DNA of 64,000 nucleotides. It comes from Gammaproteobacteria bacterium. Its GTDB lineage: Bacteria; Pseudomonadota; Gammaproteobacteria; Eutrophobiales; Eutrophobiaceae. Location of the stretch: assembly GCA_965116495.1 (NCBI GenBank), contig OZ220696.1:3200001-3264000 (forward strand). Direction: 5' to 3'. The notes under the pieces were generated by a model, which worked only from the letters and a program-made list of their open reading frames with translations, was not told where the DNA came from and made no database searches. The translations under genes and the position numbers were made by a program. Below are positions 35,863 through 45,112 of the stretch, in pieces. Each line of letters starts with the position of its first letter. Within the stretch, counting starts at the first letter, position 1.

Positions 35863-37005
35863 TTATTTCAGCAGGTCGCGGGCGACCATGCTGCGCATCG
35901 CTTCGGATGGTCCCTCGTAGATGCGCATGGGCCGGACGTCCCGGTAGCACAGCTCCAGGATCGTTTCGTCGGAGAGTCCCGCGGCGCCGTGAATCTGCAG
36001 GGCGCGATCGACTACGCGGCCTGCCATCTCCGTCGCGTATACCTTGATCATGGCGGTCTGGCGGTGCACCTCCTCTCCCTGCGCGGCGCGCCAGGCGGCA
36101 TCGTGGACCATCAGGCGGGCGGCATGCAGTTCCGTCGCCGAATCGGCGATCATCCACTGGATGGCCTGGCGGCTTGACAGGGGTTTGCCGAAGGTGTGAC
36201 GCTGCCGGGCGTAGTCGACGGCCAGCTCCAGGCAACGGCCGGCAATTCCCAGGGCGCGCGCCGCGATCTCCATGCGTCCGGCATAGAGAAACGCCGCGCT
36301 TGCCCCCCAGCCCCGGCCGGGCGCGCCGACCAGTTGTTCGTCCGGTATTGCGCAATTATCAAGAAAAACCTCGTAGGTGGACAGTCCGTGAATCATTTTC
36401 TGTTCGCGCCCGATGCTGAGGCCCGGGGTTCCCTTGTCTACAACGATCCAGGTCATCCCGTCGTGGCGGCTGGTGCCTTTAAGCCGAGCCAGCACCAGGA
36501 TGAAGTCGGCGTCCCTGGCAAATGATATCCAGCATTTATTGCCGTTAACCGTCCAGCCGTCGGACGTTTGCTCCAGGGTGGTTTTAATGCCGGCCAGATC
36601 ACCGGCGGCTTGGGGTTCGCTGAATGCGGTGGCCGCCTGTAGTTCCCCGCTGATAAACGGCAACAGGTATTTTTCCTTTTGCGCCAGCGTGCCCAGTTCG
36701 TACAGCACCGGGGAGAAGCGCGGCGCAAAGACGCTGCGGCCGGCAGTGCAGCGGTAAACTTCTTCGATAACCACACAGCCGTCAAGCTGTCCGAGGCCCG
36801 CACCGCCGGCATCTTCAGGCGCACCCCATGCCCACAATCCAAGCGCCTTGACCTTATCTGAAAGCTCAAGGTAAACATCCCCGGGAAGTTCGAAAGCATT
36901 ACGCCGGTCCGGTAATTTTTTTTCCAGCGGCATGAGTTCCTTGTCCACAAAACGGCGCACGGTGTCCTTCAGCATCCGGGTTTCCAGGGGCAGATCGAAG
37001 TTCAT
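35863..37005 (-). CDS. Acyl-CoA dehydrogenase
   Basis: AFSEPQAAGD, NGNKCWIS, RHTFGKPL, ALQIHGAAG, RIYEGPSE. ATG at 37005 preferred. Confidence 0.95.
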   Translation of the reverse strand: MNFDLPLETRMLKDTVRRFVDKELMPLEKKLPDRRNAFELPGDVYLELSDKVKALGLWAWGAPEDAGGAGLGQLDGCVVIEEVYRCTAGRSVFAPRFSPVLYELGTLAQKEKYLLPFISGELQAATAFSEPQAAGDLAGIKTTLEQTSDGWTVNGNKCWISFARDADFILVLARLKGTSRHDGMTWIVVDKGTPGLSIGREQKMIHGLSTYEVFLDNCAIPDEQLVGAPGRGWGASAAFLYAGRMEIAARALGIAGRCLELAVDYARQRHTFGKPLSSRQAIQWMIADSATELHAARLMVHDAAWRAAQGEEVHRQTAMIKVYATEMAGRVVDRALQIHGAAGLSDETILELCYRDVRPMRIYEGPSEAMRSMVARDLLK

Positions 37006-37013
37006 ATTATCCA

Positions 37014-38528
37014 CTACAGGCTTTGTTTCCACTGTTTCAGGAGTTCATGCCATTTTTCGTCCGTGCGTTGAAAAACGTCCGGCTGGTCCATCACCAGACA
37101 CTCACGATTCATCATCGCGTATTCTTCCGGGCCTCCTTCCTCGGGCAGTTGCCGTGTGGCGTCGATGACAATCCTGCTACCGACACCGCGTTTGGGCGCG
37201 CTCGGGTCGCCCGACATACCGGGCGCCTCATCAATGATTTCCGTTGCGGGAGCGGGTTGCCAGCGCGCCCCTACCGTATGTAAAACCTCAGTGAGGTTGT
37301 GAATGTCTACGTCTTTATCGACGACAACCGTTATTTTGGATATTTTCATGAGTTTTGATACATGGCGGCCGACAGCAAGGCCCTCGCCGGGGGCTTGCTT
37401 GTCTATACTCACAAAACAAAATCCCGGGATATGCAGGGCAAGGTGTAACCCCTCCAGGTTGGGGAAAGATTTTTTTAACCTGTATTTCAGACTCACTTCC
37501 AGGGGACCGGTCATGAAATGGCGGTTCACACCGGTAAACTGGTTGACGAACAGGGGATCCCGGCGGTGTGTCACGGCCGTAATGTTCATATAGAAATTTT
37601 CCGGCTTGTGCCGGCCGATGTAGCCGTACATTTCACCGAACGGGCCTTCCGGTTCCATATCAAAGGGTATTTCTCCTTCAATCACCATCTCTGCGTTGGC
37701 TGGGACCATCAAATCGCTGTTCTCGCATTTAACAACTTCGACCGGCCTGCCCATGATGCCACCTGCGATGGCAAGCTCATCCTGTCCCAGTCCTGCTGCT
37801 TTCGAACTGGCGATCGTATAAACAACAGGATCCGCGCCCAGTACAACGGCTGCCCTGGCATACGGTTCTCCCCGCTCTTTCATGTCCATGAGAAATGTCC
37901 AGCCGTGTTGATTGCGTTCCGGGTTTATCCCAAGCTTTCCCGGTCCTTTGACCTGGCAGCGGTAGGTTCCGACGTTGCGTCCATGTAGCGGGTCTTCGAG
38001 CACTACGTTGCCGGTATTGATATAGCGCCCGTTATCCGCAGGATTGGTCTGCAGAAACGGGAACCCCGTAATGCCGACATCTGTGCCGGTCAGCCTGACT
38101 TCCTTGCACGGCGCCTGATCCCTTGTGATTTCAACGGGCGCGATGGTTTTCCACTCGCCGTCGTCCCCGAAAAGTCCGGCGAGTTTCGCCAGGGTAGCGC
38201 GATAGACTTCCCGTTGGCTGAGACCTTCCGGTTCAACGCCAAAAGCCAGCGCATCGAACTCCCAACGGCCGAATTGATTCGCGACTACGGGGTTGTCCAT
38301 CCAGCGGTCGTCGATTTTGATGCGGTCAAAGATTACCACGGGTCCGCCCAGCCAGCCGAATTCATCGATCAGCCGATACATGAAACCGGTTGCTTCATAC
38401 GCATCCTGGTCAACTTCGTCGAGATGGCGTACGTAGCCGCGAGCCTCCAGAGCCTGGATGTATTCCCGCAGTGAGTCGAACGGTCCGACAAGCCTGGGGC
38501 TCGTTGATCTATTTACCAATCCGTTCAT
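37014..38528 (-). CDS. UbiD family (prenylated-FMN) decarboxylase
   Basis: SLREYI, NVGTYR, DELAIAG, EGPFGEMYGY, VVDKDVD, IDAT. CAGGAG RBS. Confidence 0.92.
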   Translation of the reverse strand: MNGLVNRSTSPRLVGPFDSLREYIQALEARGYVRHLDEVDQDAYEATGFMYRLIDEFGWLGGPVVIFDRIKIDDRWMDNPVVANQFGRWEFDALAFGVEPEGLSQREVYRATLAKLAGLFGDDGEWKTIAPVEITRDQAPCKEVRLTGTDVGITGFPFLQTNPADNGRYINTGNVVLEDPLHGRNVGTYRCQVKGPGKLGINPERNQHGWTFLMDMKERGEPYARAAVVLGADPVVYTIASSKAAGLGQDELAIAGGIMGRPVEVVKCENSDLMVPANAEMVIEGEIPFDMEPEGPFGEMYGYIGRHKPENFYMNITAVTHRRDPLFVNQFTGVNRHFMTGPLEVSLKYRLKKSFPNLEGLHLALHIPGFCFVSIDKQAPGEGLAVGRHVSKLMKISKITVVVDKDVDIHNLTEVLHTVGARWQPAPATEIIDEAPGMSGDPSAPKRGVGSRIVIDATRQLPEEGGPEEYAMMNRECLVMDQPDVFQRTDEKWHELLKQWKQSL

Positions 38529-38616
38529 ATTTTACTCCTGCCACGCGCTGAATTTCATCTTGCTGCTGCTCTGACTCGACACTGAAACATTCGCCATAAG
38601 CTTGCAGGCTCAAAGC

Positions 38617-39288
38617 CTAAAAGGGTTTCATTTCACCTATCAGGGCTATCAACATTACCAGTACCCAAATCGAAAACGCCGCCCGGTCTGTCATTGCCTG
38701 GATTTCTTTCATCAGGCGTTCTCCCCGTACCCGTTCTTCGCCTCCTGCCCTGACCAATTCAAATGCTCCCTGCCAGCGAACGATGATCGTTCGAATCCAG
38801 ATCCCGTTCAGGATGACAACACCGTACAGTATTATTTTTGTTGCGAGCCAGTGGGCGGATATCGGGCTGCCTGCATACAGGCAGTAGCTCCCGAAACCAA
38901 TCATGACTGCAGCGACAGCGTAACGCAGCAGGATATCAACCTGTCTTAATCGGTTACCGAGCGTTGTCCCCCGTTGCAGGTGGATTGTCCACACGAGTAC
39001 TAACCAGGCCAGGTCTGCAAACCAGAATAACACCAGCCAGGGTCCGGTAACTGGCGAGTTGTACGGCACGGCCAGGGTAAAACCGACAGCCAGCAGCAAT
39101 ACCAGGCTGGTGCGCGCCGACATGTCAACTATCAAGCGTATATCTCGAACGCGGAGTCGCTCATCAAGACCGAGATCATCCCGTACCAGATATTTGCCGA
39201 TGTAATACACTGCAATGTCTCCCCCGATTGCGTACACAAAGAGGGCAACATGGATAAAGGTCATAAAACTGTGAAAGTCAAAATGCAC
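38617..39288 (-). CDS. Hypothetical integral membrane protein
   Basis: About 6 hydrophobic segments, co-oriented within the operon. Confidence 0.75.
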   Translation of the reverse strand: MHFDFHSFMTFIHVALFVYAIGGDIAVYYIGKYLVRDDLGLDERLRVRDIRLIVDMSARTSLVLLLAVGFTLAVPYNSPVTGPWLVLFWFADLAWLVLVWTIHLQRGTTLGNRLRQVDILLRYAVAAVMIGFGSYCLYAGSPISAHWLATKIILYGVVILNGIWIRTIIVRWQGAFELVRAGGEERVRGERLMKEIQAMTDRAAFSIWVLVMLIALIGEMKPF

Positions 39289-39345
39289 GTTGATGTTTCC
39301 CGGTTCTTAGCAACAAGTGAACATATGGTTATGGGGGCGGCGGGG

Positions 39346-40134
39346 TTATGGGTCAGACTTCACGAAGTCGAGCATTGCATTGACCCAGCGCCGTGGCTCA
39401 TCATAGATGATATACACACAGCCGCCATCCAGTTCCCTGAACAAGAAGTCCGGTCTTAACTCTTTAAGTTGTTCGGTAATGTAATGAATTGCATCACCGG
39501 TATTGGAAAGTACCAGGACCGGCACATCAATTGCCTTGAGCGCGCGTGTCATATCGTAGCGAAATGCGGCCTGGTGGCAATACCATTCAGTTTCACCGGT
39601 CCAGAATGTGTGGATTGTGTTCATCTGGCATGCCCCCAGGCTGGCCACTCCGCCCACGCGACTCTGGATCCAGTTCCAGCGGTCCATCAGATGCGACCCG
39701 TCGGACTTCAGTGTCGTATCTACATGTAAACGCGCCAGGCGTTCTTCCCTTTCCTCGTCGCTGTACCAGGGTACGCCATGCAATACCAGACGCCTGACCC
39801 GGTCGCGGTAGGCAGTGGCAAATTCACAGGCCTGGGATGCGCCTGTGTGGTGGCCGGCCACGACTGCTTTATCAATTCCCAAATGATCAAGCACGTAGGG
39901 CAGTACGCCGGCATATTGCTCTATGGTTGGCGGCGAACCGGGTGTGTCTGACATGCCGTAACCCGGTGTATCGGGAGCGATTACCTGGAGGCCGGCGTCG
40001 GTCAGGACAGGAAAAACATGCCGGAACTGCAGTGAGGACTGGGGTGTCTGGTGTAACAGAAGCAGCGGCAATCCCTCACCTCCGGTACGAAAGTGAACCT
40101 GACCCATGGGGGTATTGACGTAGGCTTTACGCAT
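39346..40134 (-). CDS. Alpha/beta fold protein with GHHTG elbow
   Basis: LLHQTP, DTPGYGMS, AGHHTGA. Confidence 0.88.
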   Translation of the reverse strand: MRKAYVNTPMGQVHFRTGGEGLPLLLLHQTPQSSLQFRHVFPVLTDAGLQVIAPDTPGYGMSDTPGSPPTIEQYAGVLPYVLDHLGIDKAVVAGHHTGASQACEFATAYRDRVRRLVLHGVPWYSDEEREERLARLHVDTTLKSDGSHLMDRWNWIQSRVGGVASLGACQMNTIHTFWTGETEWYCHQAAFRYDMTRALKAIDVPVLVLSNTGDAIHYITEQLKELRPDFLFRELDGGCVYIIYDEPRRWVNAMLDFVKSDP

Positions 40135-40226
40135 CAGGACTCCGTAGTCGCTACTTCAACGGCATAATCACCAGATTTCCCCGGCAAAAATAATTTACGT
40201 CTGTGGGGATTACTGTACAGTAGTTC

Positions 40227-40257
40227 TTATTTATCAAGTGATAATTAAATTGTCAAT
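40227..40257 (-). promoter_or_regulatory. TTGACA -35 plus TTATC-ACTT-GATAA palindrome
   Basis: Minus strand reads ATTGACA-ATTTAA-TTATCACTTGATAA-ATAA, at the head of the 40134-33754 gene run. Confidence 0.6.
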
Positions 40258-40469
40258 ATTTTTTTGACATTCCTGCGCAAAAACCGCCACTACGATAATG
40301 GAGTTCCCGGATGAGGGTTTTGAATAGCTCAGCCGGCAGGGATGTTTGGCGCGGGAGAAATCATACAGGCTTTTCAGGGCATAAGGTGGTATCGTACCGG
40401 GACCGTCGGCAGCAGGCCCGGGTCAAAAAATCGCGATAAAACCAATAACTGAAAACGCGCAGGCTCTTC

Positions 40470-41678
40470 ATGAAAATCATCTGGCTGGTTAATTTCGCCA
40501 TCCTTTTTGCCTTCATCAAGGTATTTGAAATACCTTCGATGATCCCGATCTTTGTCGATGAACTGCAAATCAGTTATGCGCAGGCGGGTCTGTTCATGAC
40601 GGCGTACACCATTATCAGGTGCCTGGCGAGTTTGCCTGCCGGCTCTGTGACTGACAGGTGGGGAGCTGTGCCTGTTATCTCCGTTTGCCTGCTTGGTGTC
40701 GGTGTTCTGGGTACACTAGGAACTTTCGGCAACAACTACCATGTCCTGCTGGTGCTGAGGGTACTGGTTTCCATCGGTATCGCCGTCATATTCATTGCCG
40801 CTGTCGACGCCATTCCCAAGTACATGCCGTCTGAGAATGTCGGCAAGGGTATCGGCTACATAAACGGTTCGCTGAGCGTCGGGATCGCACTGGCAATGTT
40901 TATGACGCCGATACTGTCTGATTTGCTGGGCTGGCGCTGGACGGCGCGCATGTACTCGGTCTCGTTTCTGCTCCTTTTTGTGGTTTCCATCCCATTATTG
41001 AAAAATCCGCCGAAGACAAGCGGGCCGGATAAACCCGGGGCCGGTGAAGCGTCCATCACCATTGCCGGTTTATTGCGTAATCCCTGCGTCATGCTCCTGG
41101 CATTCGGCGCCTGCATCCTGTTTGTCGAACTCTACGGTGTTCTTACCTGGGTTCCGGTATTTCTGGGCGAGGTTTACTCGTATTCACCCGCACAAATCGG
41201 CGCCAGCGCCACCATGTTCGGCATAGCGGCAATCCCGGCATCCATAATTACCGGCATCCTGTGCACAAACCTGCGCCGCATAGTCCTGTTATGTGTCTCG
41301 GGGGGTATTCTGGCCGGCGCCGGCATTATGGTTCTACTGCTTGCATCGTCCCTGCCGTTATGGCTGACTGTTGCCGTGGTCACCCTGATCACCTGGGGAC
41401 ACTCGCAGGTCATCGTAACCATTATGAGTATCGCCGCGATAATCGTACCGTCACATAGTTCCGGGAAAGCCCTGGGTGTGATATTTACGCTCGGCTACGC
41501 CGGCTCAATCCTGGGGAGCTATTCAGGCGGTTACCTGCTGGAAAAAACGGGACAATACGACCTGTCATTTATTGTCTTTTCCGCATCTGCCCTTATCAGT
41601 ATTATTGCAATGCTGGCCGTCAGCAGAATATTACATAAGGCTCCGCCGGCGCATTTCAAACTGAAGATGAGTTCGTAG
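40470..41678 (+). CDS. MFS transporter
   Basis: GSVTDRWG motif A, about 12 TM segments. Confidence 0.9.
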   Translation: MKIIWLVNFAILFAFIKVFEIPSMIPIFVDELQISYAQAGLFMTAYTIIRCLASLPAGSVTDRWGAVPVISVCLLGVGVLGTLGTFGNNYHVLLVLRVLVSIGIAVIFIAAVDAIPKYMPSENVGKGIGYINGSLSVGIALAMFMTPILSDLLGWRWTARMYSVSFLLLFVVSIPLLKNPPKTSGPDKPGAGEASITIAGLLRNPCVMLLAFGACILFVELYGVLTWVPVFLGEVYSYSPAQIGASATMFGIAAIPASIITGILCTNLRRIVLLCVSGGILAGAGIMVLLLASSLPLWLTVAVVTLITWGHSQVIVTIMSIAAIIVPSHSSGKALGVIFTLGYAGSILGSYSGGYLLEKTGQYDLSFIVFSASALISIIAMLAVSRILHKAPPAHFKLKMSS

Positions 41679-41702
41679 GGAGTCTGCCCCCGGACTTTAG
41701 TG

Positions 41703-41731
41703 ATAATGTACAGAAAAGTGCTGTACATTAT
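41703..41731. promoter_or_regulatory. Inverted-repeat operator of the GNAT toxin-antitoxin pair
   Basis: ATAATGTACAG-N7-CTGTACATTAT, about 55 bp upstream of the antitoxin. Confidence 0.7.
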
Positions 41732-41787
41732 AGCCAATGCTGATATCCTTGACAGTAAGTTAATATATTCAGTAGAGCAGCTAAATC

Positions 41788-42057
41788 ATGGCAACATCAC
41801 GTATAGATATGAGAGTCGATGAGAGCATCAAGGCGGCTGCAGAAAAAGCAGCAGCGCTTGAGGGTGTGAAGAGTCTGACGGAATATGTTGTTCGACTGAT
41901 CGAGAAGGATTCACAACGGGTAATCAAAGAACATGAATCGGTCACACTCAAGGATGATGTATTTGATCGATTTATCCGGGCCTGTGATGCAGCGCAAGCG
42001 CCTCATCAAAAACTGCGGGCGGCCAGGGAGCTTGCCAGGCAGAAGAATATTCGGTGA
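41788..42057 (+). CDS. DUF1778 / TacA-type RHH antitoxin
   Basis: RIDMRV...KAAAL..SLTEYV...ESVTL...FDRF. Overlaps the toxin start (GTGA). Confidence 0.88.
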   Translation: MATSRIDMRVDESIKAAAEKAAALEGVKSLTEYVVRLIEKDSQRVIKEHESVTLKDDVFDRFIRACDAAQAPHQKLRAARELARQKNIR

Positions 42058-42575
42058 CCCCTTCGTTCCAATTCGTTGAATTGGATAAAGCCGTTCATGA
42101 TCGCAAATCTTTCGATTGTGGCGCGGAAGAGTTGAACCTGTTTCTTCAGCAGTTTGCTGCCAGGCACAGGGCAGTAGGTACCAGTATGACCATGGTATTG
42201 CCCGCCAAAGAGAGTAAAGCTGATATCTGCGCCTACTACACGCTATCCCATACCGAGATCAAGCGACGAACGTTACCAAAGTCAGTCGCAAAGAAGTTAC
42301 CTTATTATCCGATTCCAGTGATACTGATAGCGCAACTCGCAGTGAACCGGAAAGTTCAGGGTCAAGGGCTTGGTAAAATCACACTGGTTCGTGCACTACA
42401 CCATGCAGGCGAAATCAATGAGCATTTGCCCTCTTATGCCGTAGTGGTTGATGCTTTGGATAATCAAATTCAGGGATTTTACGAGCAATTCGGTTTTGCT
42501 GCTCTCGACGCCCAGAGTCACCACAAACGCCTCTACATGCCCATGCAGACTGTGGTGCAATTATTCAGTGAATAA
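42054..42575 (+). CDS. GNAT acetyltransferase toxin (TacT/AtaT type)
   Basis: HDRKSFDCGAEELN, YYTL, LAVNRKVQGQGLG, VVVDAL, FYEQFGF. Confidence 0.9.
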   Translation: MTPSFQFVELDKAVHDRKSFDCGAEELNLFLQQFAARHRAVGTSMTMVLPAKESKADICAYYTLSHTEIKRRTLPKSVAKKLPYYPIPVILIAQLAVNRKVQGQGLGKITLVRALHHAGEINEHLPSYAVVVDALDNQIQGFYEQFGFAALDAQSHHKRLYMPMQTVVQLFSE

Positions 42576-42750
42576 GGGGATTGATTTACTGTTTGTTTCT
42601 GAGGCTTTGGAAAGACCTTGGGTTCATAGACGCATTTGACGGTCAACCTGTTTTTGACTAGTTTGCTTATGACGATCATCAAGCACGGAACCCGCGAAGC
42701 CGGGTCTCCTGCTAAATAAAACAGTCCTCGACCCGGTACGGGGTAGCTCC

Positions 42751-43134
42751 CTGCACCTGGGCCTGGCCGCGCCGTTGCTGACCCATGCGCTTGACGGCGC
42801 CCGCCTCAAACGGGCACAGCGGGAGATTGTCGCCGCCTTGCGCTTCTCCCGAACCAGGGCCATCAACACCCAGCGGCAGGTGATCTTCTCGCTTGATACC
42901 CAAACCGGCGCCCTGCGCGCCGGGGAAGATGAGCGCCTTACCCCATTACCCGAGAGCGCGACCTTGAGCATACAGGTGCCCCCATCAGAGCAGCTCTCGG
43001 CACATGAATACGCGGTGCGCTTCTACCCGGACGGCAGCGCCACGGACATGACGCTGTCGTTTCAGCGCGGCGAGCAGGTTTTCCACATCGAGGTGGACGC
43101 GTTGACAGCAAAGGTAAGCCATCTTGCACCGTAA
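42751..43134 (+). pseudogene. gspH: Type II secretion pseudopilin GspH, 5'-truncated
   Basis: GLAAP...IVAALRFSRTRAI...VRFYPDGSAT...IEVDALTAKV. The prepilin GFTLxE leader is absent and there is no gspG upstream. Confidence 0.75.
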
Positions 43135-43516
43135 CCGCGCCGCGTCTCAACAGGGTTTCACCTTGCTGGAGGTCCTGGTGGCGTTTTTCATCAGCGCCAT
43201 GTCCTTGGGCGTGTTGTATCAAGTCTATGCCAAAGGGGCCACCGCGCTTGACCTGGCGCGAGACTATGCCCTGGCCCTGGCCATTGCGGAATCGAGGCTG
43301 GCTGAAGCCACCATCCCGGATACACCGCATCAAGGCCGGGAGTTGGACCGGTTTGACTGGGACCTGTCAACAGAAACGTATATCAACGTGAGCCTGGATG
43401 AGATGTCCTCCCTGTCCTACACCCTGCTGCTTGCCGAAGTCAGCGTGCGCTGGCAAAACCGGGGCAAGACACATGAAACAGTCCTGCAAACACTGAAGCC
43501 GGTGCTGCGTGATTAG
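43124..43516 (+). CDS. gspI: Type II secretion pseudopilin GspI
   Basis: QQGFTLLEVLVAF prepilin motif, position between H and J. Confidence 0.88.
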   Translation: MHRNRAASQQGFTLLEVLVAFFISAMSLGVLYQVYAKGATALDLARDYALALAIAESRLAEATIPDTPHQGRELDRFDWDLSTETYINVSLDEMSSLSYTLLLAEVSVRWQNRGKTHETVLQTLKPVLRD

Positions 43517-44168
43517 CTCCGTTCCCGCACCTGCCCGCCCTGACGGCTTTGCCCTGCCCGAAGCGCTGCTTGCCATGCTTGTATTCATGTTTATTCTGCT
43601 GATGCTGTATCTCGCGCTGTTCTCCGCGGGCAACTACCACCGCACCGGCGAGGTGCGGTTGCGCCACAACGACGACAAACGCTTCCTCCCATACTTCCTG
43701 CGCCGGCAGCTTGAGCAAGCCGTGCCGCTGATAGGGGTGGATGATAGCGAAATGCAGGTCTTGTTCCGCGGCAACGAGCGCACGTTGCGGTTTGTCGGCG
43801 CGCTGCCCTCTTACCGGCGCGATGACGGGTTATACCTGCAGGAATTGTCCCTGGCGGATGATGCGCTGGTACTCAACTACCACCCGCTGACCCGCGCGCC
43901 GGACTTGTACGCCGAGAACGGCCTGGCCGATGCCGAGCAGATCAGCCTGGCGCAGCCGGTTGAGCGGCTGGAGTTGGCGTATTTCGGGCGCCACACGGCA
44001 GACGGCGCGCCGGCGTGGAGGGATGCCTGGGATAACCCGGACTGGTTGCCAATTCTGCTCCGCGTGCACGTCGCCATGGAGCAACAGGAGGCTTGGCCGC
44101 CACTGGTGATCGCGCTGCGCGCACAGGCCGAATGGCGCCCGCCGCAGTTGGCGCTGTACCTGGAATAA
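43509..44168 (+). CDS. gspJ: Type II secretion pseudopilin GspJ
   Basis: GFALPEALLAM, FLRRQLEQAVP, LAYFG...WRDAW...LPILLR. Confidence 0.85.
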   Translation: MISSVPAPARPDGFALPEALLAMLVFMFILLMLYLALFSAGNYHRTGEVRLRHNDDKRFLPYFLRRQLEQAVPLIGVDDSEMQVLFRGNERTLRFVGALPSYRRDDGLYLQELSLADDALVLNYHPLTRAPDLYAENGLADAEQISLAQPVERLELAYFGRHTADGAPAWRDAWDNPDWLPILLRVHVAMEQQEAWPPLVIALRAQAEWRPPQLALYLE

Positions 44169-44176
44169 CGGTTGCA

Positions 44177-45112
44177 ATGTGTCGCAAGCGACAAGTTAAT
44201 CGACTGGATTCCTGCTTGCGCAGGAATGACGAACGGGGCGTGGTCTTGATCCTGGCGCTTTGGTTGCTGGCGTTGCTGGGCCTCATGGCCGGGGCGCACA
44301 GTTATGCCCTGCGCACCGAAACCTGGTTGACCATCCACGCGCAGGACCGGGCCAGGGCGCGTGCAGTGGCGGAAGCCGGGGTGTGGCTGGCCGTGGCCGA
44401 CCTGTTAAGTCCGCTTTCGGTACAACGCTGGCCGCAGGACGGCACCCCCATCGAGATCAACTTTGTGGCCGGGACAATCGGGCTGCGCATCCAGGACGAA
44501 GCCGGCCTGGTCGATATCAACCGCGCCGATGATGCCTTGTTACGGGGCCTGCTGTCCGATGCCGTCCCGCCGGGACAGGCTGTCACACCGTTGTTCGACG
44601 CCGTGCTGGACTGGCGCGACCCGGACCAGGCGCGGCGCGCGGCCGGCGCCGAGGACACAGACTACCTGCTCTCCGAGTATGACTCCAAAGACGGCCCGTT
44701 CAACAGCATCGAAGAGTTACGCCGGGTGTCAGGCATGAGCGATGAGATCTACCGCAACATCCGCCACGCCGTCACGATTCATTCCATGCAGCCGGGGATC
44801 AACCCGGCCCCGGCCCCGCGGGCCGTGCTGGAAGCCATACCGGGCAGTCGCGCAGACCTCATTGATGCGTACCTGGCCAGGCGTCACGAAGCGGGGCAGA
44901 CAGCCACCATCACGGACACGGACCACCACTATTTCAATGCCCGGCAAGGGCTGACCCTGACCATTACCAGCACCGGCACGGCAGGGCGCGCCAGGCTGAG
45001 ACTGGACGTGGTGGTGGCGCTGGACCGCACGCGCACGCCGCCTTATTCAGTGCTGGCTTGGCGGGCGTCCCGCCTGCCTTATACACCTCCCGCAAATGAA
45101 GGCAACAGCTGA
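44177..45112 (+). CDS. gspK: Type II secretion pseudopilin GspK
   Basis: RGVVLILALW, QDEAGLVDIN, DAVLDWRD, FNSIEELRRVSGM. ATG at 44177. Confidence 0.9.
   Translation: MCRKRQVNRLDSCLRRNDERGVVLILALWLLALLGLMAGAHSYALRTETWLTIHAQDRARARAVAEAGVWLAVADLLSPLSVQRWPQDGTPIEINFVAGTIGLRIQDEAGLVDINRADDALLRGLLSDAVPPGQAVTPLFDAVLDWRDPDQARRAAGAEDTDYLLSEYDSKDGPFNSIEELRRVSGMSDEIYRNIRHAVTIHSMQPGINPAPAPRAVLEAIPGSRADLIDAYLARRHEAGQTATITDTDHHYFNARQGLTLTITSTGTAGRARLRLDVVVALDRTRTPPYSVLAWRASRLPYTPPANEGNS
44203..44231. repeat. REP-like arm embedded in frame in the gspK leader
   Basis: ACTGGATTCCTGCTTGCGCAGGAATGACG, 2 mismatches to 11822-11850. Confidence 0.8.

Noticed and set aside
37014-38528. Housekeeping ubiD for ubiquinone synthesis
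   Set aside because: The context is catabolic with no ubi, rho or fre neighbours, so only a family-level call is supported
42580-42750. Possible gene fragment (LWKDLGFIDAFDGQPVFD*FAYDD)
   Set aside because: Short, interrupted by a stop, and not assignable without a search
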